This document shows, piece by piece, positions 61,121 through 64,000 of a stretch of 64,000 nucleotides of DNA; positions within the stretch are counted from its first letter, which is position 1, and every line of letters starts with the position of its first letter. Below the pieces are notes generated by a model. That model was not told the origin of the DNA and searched no databases. It saw nothing but the letters and a program-made list of their open reading frames with translations. Where the stretch lies: NCBI GenBank assembly GCA_033551855.1, contig JAWSUI010000004.1, positions 2,673-66,672 on the forward strand. The letters run 5' to 3'. A program made the translations under genes and the position numbers. Source of the stretch: Deferrisomatales bacterium. Lineage in GTDB: Bacteria > Desulfobacterota > Deferrisomatia > Deferrisomatales > JACRMM01.

Positions 61121-62547
61121 GGCCCCGGCGGGTCGCGCCGCGGGCAGGGGGGGTGCGCCTCGGGGCGGTGATCCTCGCCCTGGGGGTCCTGGCCTGGGGC
61201 TGCGGTGGTGGGCGAGGCCTGGATCCACGGACGGCGCGGTTCCCCGGGCCGGAGCACCGCTCCCCCCCGCTGGTGGAGGCCGTGCTTTCCGGGGGTGCGC
61301 CGGTCTTCCTCCTCGAGGATCGAGCCGTGCCCCTGGTACGGGTCTACGCCGTGTTCCGGGGTGGGAGCCTCTACGATCCCGCGGCCCGGGCGGGGCTCGC
61401 GGCCGTTGCGTCCCTCACCTGGCGGACCGGCGGTGCCGGGGAGCTCTCCCCGGAGGCGGTCGACGAGGCCCTCGAGGACCGGGCGATCGCTCTCGACCTC
61501 GGGATGGGCCGGGAGAGCGGGTGGGCAACCCTGTCGGTCCTGCCGGGGGACCTGGAGCGGGGCTTGGAGCTCCTCTCGCTCCTCCTTTTCGAGCCCGCCT
61601 TCGCGGAGGAGCGGTTTGCCTGGGCGGTGGGCCAGGTCGGCGAGGGCATTCGTCGGGAAACGGACTCCCCAAGGGAACTGGCCTTTCGCGAGCTCCGTCG
61701 TGGCCTGTACCCCGGCCACCCCCGGGGAGTGGTCCCCACGCTGGAGACCATCGGGCGCGTGACCCGGGACGACGTGGTGGGCCTGCACCGGCGTCTGCTG
61801 GGGGAGGGGGCCTGGGCCCTCGGCGCCGTGGGGGACTTCGAGGGGAGCGAGCTGCTGGGGCGCCTCGAGGCCCGTCTCGGGTCGCTTCCGGGGAGCGGTG
61901 GGGGGTTCCCCCCCGTACCCGTGCCCGCGGAGCCGGAGCCGCGCACCGTGCTCGTGCCGCGGCCGCTGCCCCAGGCCACGGTCCTCTGGGCCCGCCTGGG
62001 TCCGGGGCGCCTGAGCCCGGACTTCCATCCCCTGGACCTGGCGGATCACCTCCTGGGGTCCGGCGGGTTCTCGTCGCGGCTGATGCGGGACGTGCGCTCG
62101 GATCGCGGGCTGGCCTACAGCGTTGGGAGCTTCTACCAGGCCCTGCCCGATTTCGGCGTGCTCGGCGTTCACGCCGCCACCCGGGTGGCGGCGGTGGGAC
62201 AGGTCGTGGACCTGCTCCGCTCCATCCCCCGCGAGGCCTCCCGGGAGGGGTTCCCGGACGAGGAGGTGGCCGCGGCGCGGGAGGCCCTGGTGAATCGCCA
62301 TGTATTCCGGTACGAGGATCCCGCGAGCGTCGTCCGGGAGCGTCTCGGCCTGCTCCTGGACGGCCTCCCCCCCGACCTGCCGGCCCGCTACCCGGAGGGG
62401 GTGCAGGCCGTGGAGGCGCGGGCTGCGAGCGCCGCGGCGGCCGCCTTCGATCTGGACGCGGGCGTGCTCGTGGTGGTGGGCGATGTGGACCCGACGGACC
62501 CGCGGTGGGCCGGCAGGGGTCCGGTGGAGGTGGTGACGGTGCCGTGA
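61117..62547 (+). CDS. M16 family peptidase, non-catalytic partner subunit
   Basis: M16 fold without HxxEH; GGFSSRL, RSDRGLAYSV; lipobox-like LAWGC. Confidence 0.85.
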   Translation: MRPRRVAPRAGGVRLGAVILALGVLAWGCGGGRGLDPRTARFPGPEHRSPPLVEAVLSGGAPVFLLEDRAVPLVRVYAVFRGGSLYDPAARAGLAAVASLTWRTGGAGELSPEAVDEALEDRAIALDLGMGRESGWATLSVLPGDLERGLELLSLLLFEPAFAEERFAWAVGQVGEGIRRETDSPRELAFRELRRGLYPGHPRGVVPTLETIGRVTRDDVVGLHRRLLGEGAWALGAVGDFEGSELLGRLEARLGSLPGSGGGFPPVPVPAEPEPRTVLVPRPLPQATVLWARLGPGRLSPDFHPLDLADHLLGSGGFSSRLMRDVRSDRGLAYSVGSFYQALPDFGVLGVHAATRVAAVGQVVDLLRSIPREASREGFPDEEVAAAREALVNRHVFRYEDPASVVRERLGLLLDGLPPDLPARYPEGVQAVEARAASAAAAAFDLDAGVLVVVGDVDPTDPRWAGRGPVEVVTVP

Positions 62548-62574
62548 GGGGGGCCTCGTCCGCTGTCGGCGCGG

Positions 62575-62745
62575 GAACGACGTGGCGGTGGCCGCGAGCA
62601 CGAAGACCCACATCGGGATCTGGCGGCCGGCGATGAAGTAGTCCGAGGCGGTCTTGGCCTTGAAGTAGCCCTTGATGCCCCAGAACAGGCAGTAGGCCCA
62701 GTAGATGGCCACGAAGACGAACAACCAGAATACGCTAGCTTCCAT
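62575..62745 (-). pseudogene. truncated 5' end (57 codons) of a sodium:solute symporter gene
   Basis: MEASVFWLFVFVAIYWAYCLFWG...DYFIAGRQIPMWVFVLAATATSF, then abrupt loss of similarity; GAGGAGG RBS. Confidence 0.75.
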
Positions 62746-62913
62746 GGATGGGTTCCCTCCTCAAGCGTCGGTTTGCCAACAGGGGCTGCGCCTGCAGGGC
62801 TTCTCCTTTCTCCCCGGCGCCTCGGGCATGGGCGTTTCATCGTACGAAAACGCTTCGCGCCTCCTGAAAAAACGAACGCGTATGATCCGAAAGACGTAGG
62901 CGCGAGTGCGCGG

Positions 62914-62942
62914 AGTCTAGAACACGGTCTCGGTGGCGTCAA
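62914..62942 (-). promoter_or_regulatory. sigma-70 type promoter
   Basis: TTGACG-N17-TAGACT on the minus strand. Confidence 0.7.
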
Positions 62943-63009
62943 GCAACATTTCTCGACGTCCTCCCGGGGCCTGCGCGCCCTTGGTTTCCGTGCCCGGCGA
63001 ACCGGCGTC

Positions 63010-63107
63010 AGAGGCCCGCTCCTGCCGGCAAGAGAACGCCGGGGTGCACGGGGGGCGCTCCCGCGCCGCGTCCGGAATCCTCCCGATATTTCGGCTCCCG
63101 AAGCAGC
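63010..63107. repeat. internal fragment of a family B element
   Basis: CGCCGCGTCCGGAATCCTC...CTCCCGAAGC shared with 44424-44464. Confidence 0.6.
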
Positions 63108-63116
63108 AGTGGTTGC

Positions 63117-63137
63117 GGTGGGCGGTGCCCACCCTAC
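63117..63137 (-). repeat. GTAG-type REP
   Basis: Reverse complement GTAG-GGTGGGC-ACC-GCCCACC. Confidence 0.65.
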
Positions 63138-63286
63138 GGGTCCTCGTCCCCCGTCGGCGCGGTGCGGGTGCTTCACGGGGTCACGGGGGTCGACATGCCC
63201 TCCGGGGCGATTCACGCCCCTTCTCCGCTCCCCGCTCCCCGCTCCCTGCTCCCCGACCCCCGACCCCCGTCTTCGCACGCAAAGGG

Positions 63287-63312
63287 AGAGGCGGCCCCGA
63301 AGGGCCGCCTCT
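63287..63312 (-). terminator. hairpin downstream of the symporter gene
   Basis: AGAGGCGGCCC-CGAA-GGGCCGCCTCT, weak U tract. Confidence 0.55.
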
Positions 63313-63345
63313 CGACGTGCTGCGCTCGAAGTGCCGGATGCCGGG

Positions 63346-64000
63346 CTACACGCCGGGCTCCTCCAGGTCGAGGCGGATGGGTGACTTCTCGCTGTAGGTC
63401 ACCTGGAAGTCCTCGCGGAGCGACTCCACCTCGCCGAAGTGGGTGGAGAACTCCAGCTTGTAGGCCAGGAGCCACATCATGTAGACGCCGATCAGCCACC
63501 AGACGATCTGCCACAGCCAAAGCGGCGCCATGCCGAAGGGCCAGTTGCTCGGGTCGGCCGCGTTCCAGAAGAAGAAGTTGTTTCCGAGCACCGCGCCCGG
63601 GCCGATCGCGAAGAAGAACCACCCGATGGTGACGACCCACGCCCAGGGCTTGAGCTTCTCCTTCTCGGGCGGGAGCCGGGTAAGGGACCGGAGCCAGGTG
63701 TGGTAGCTCATGCGCCGGTCGTACTCCTTCTTGTCGGGCTGGGTGAGCGCGCTGACGATCACCGCCACCCCGACGTTGAAGAAGACGCCCCAGCCGGCGC
63801 AGTGGATGGTGAGGGGGTAGTGGCCGAACCCGAGGGAGTCGCGGAAGGCCTTGAACCACGCGTACCCGAAGGGGTAGGTGATGGTCACGGCGAGGAGACC
63901 CGCCACCAGGCCCCAGGTGACGCCCTGGCGGGTGAGCCAGGGGAAGTAGAGGACGCCCGCGAGCGGGATCCACATCATGGTGCCGTAGGAGACCGCGAGC
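63346..64000 (-). CDS. sodium:solute symporter family protein (3' part; start lies outside the window)
   Basis: Multi-TM; 'YFPWLTRQGVTWGLVAG', 'PLTIHCAGWG', 'WFFFAIGPGAVLGN'. Confidence 0.8.
   Translation of the reverse strand, partial: LAVSYGTMMWIPLAGVLYFPWLTRQGVTWGLVAGLLAVTITYPFGYAWFKAFRDSLGFGHYPLTIHCAGWGVFFNVGVAVIVSALTQPDKKEYDRRMSYHTWLRSLTRLPPEKEKLKPWAWVVTIGWFFFAIGPGAVLGNNFFFWNAADPSNWPFGMAPLWLWQIVWWLIGVYMMWLLAYKLEFSTHFGEVESLREDFQVTYSEKSPIRLDLEEPGV

Noticed and set aside
61060-62574. The 561-aa minus-strand ORF as a complete membrane protein
   Set aside because: Only the first 57 codons are symporter-like; the rest is the antisense shadow of the M16 gene
62765-62830. GGCAAACC on the minus strand as a c-di-GMP-I riboswitch
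   Set aside because: Lacks the GAAA tetraloop, GACGCAAAGC and second stem of the consensus
63220-63270. Heptamer run CTCCCCG/ACCCCCG
   Set aside because: Real low-complexity tandem repeat, but intergenic with no evidence of phase variation or function

Overview
GC-rich (roughly 70% by eye) bacterial chromosome segment, most consistent with a Desulfobacterota/deltaproteobacterial genome (inference from gene content and synteny). It carries mostly core and physiology genes: nadA-mfd-surA-pdxA-PGM-uvrA, a radical SAM gene and RNase G, a phosphate regulon (phoR-phoB-phoU-pstBAC divergent from pstS, with Pho boxes on both strands), TetR/DUF6448, M24 peptidase, rubrerythrin, citrate synthase, aat, two-component genes, leuB, yebC-ruvCAB-ispG, glnB, malQ, a glutaredoxin-thioredoxin reductase fusion, an exported rhodanese + split YeeE/YedE + lipoprotein + SLC13 cluster, an M16 peptidase pair and the 3' part of a sodium:solute symporter. 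I saw no tRNA, rRNA, CRISPR array, transposase or integrase. The most notable signals: (1) a candidate sulfur-relay module whose exported rhodanese ends in a tethered SoxY-like Cys-Gly-Gly arm; (2) a promoter-bearing, truncated symporter 5' end that points antisense into the M16 operon; (3) a frameshifted remnant of an Mks condensin subunit gene behind ispG; (4) at least four families of small TIR-bounded non-autonomous elements plus GTAG-type REPs in the spacers, some of which supply a gene's stop codon or ribosome-binding site. All family assignments come from motif recognition; no database search was run.
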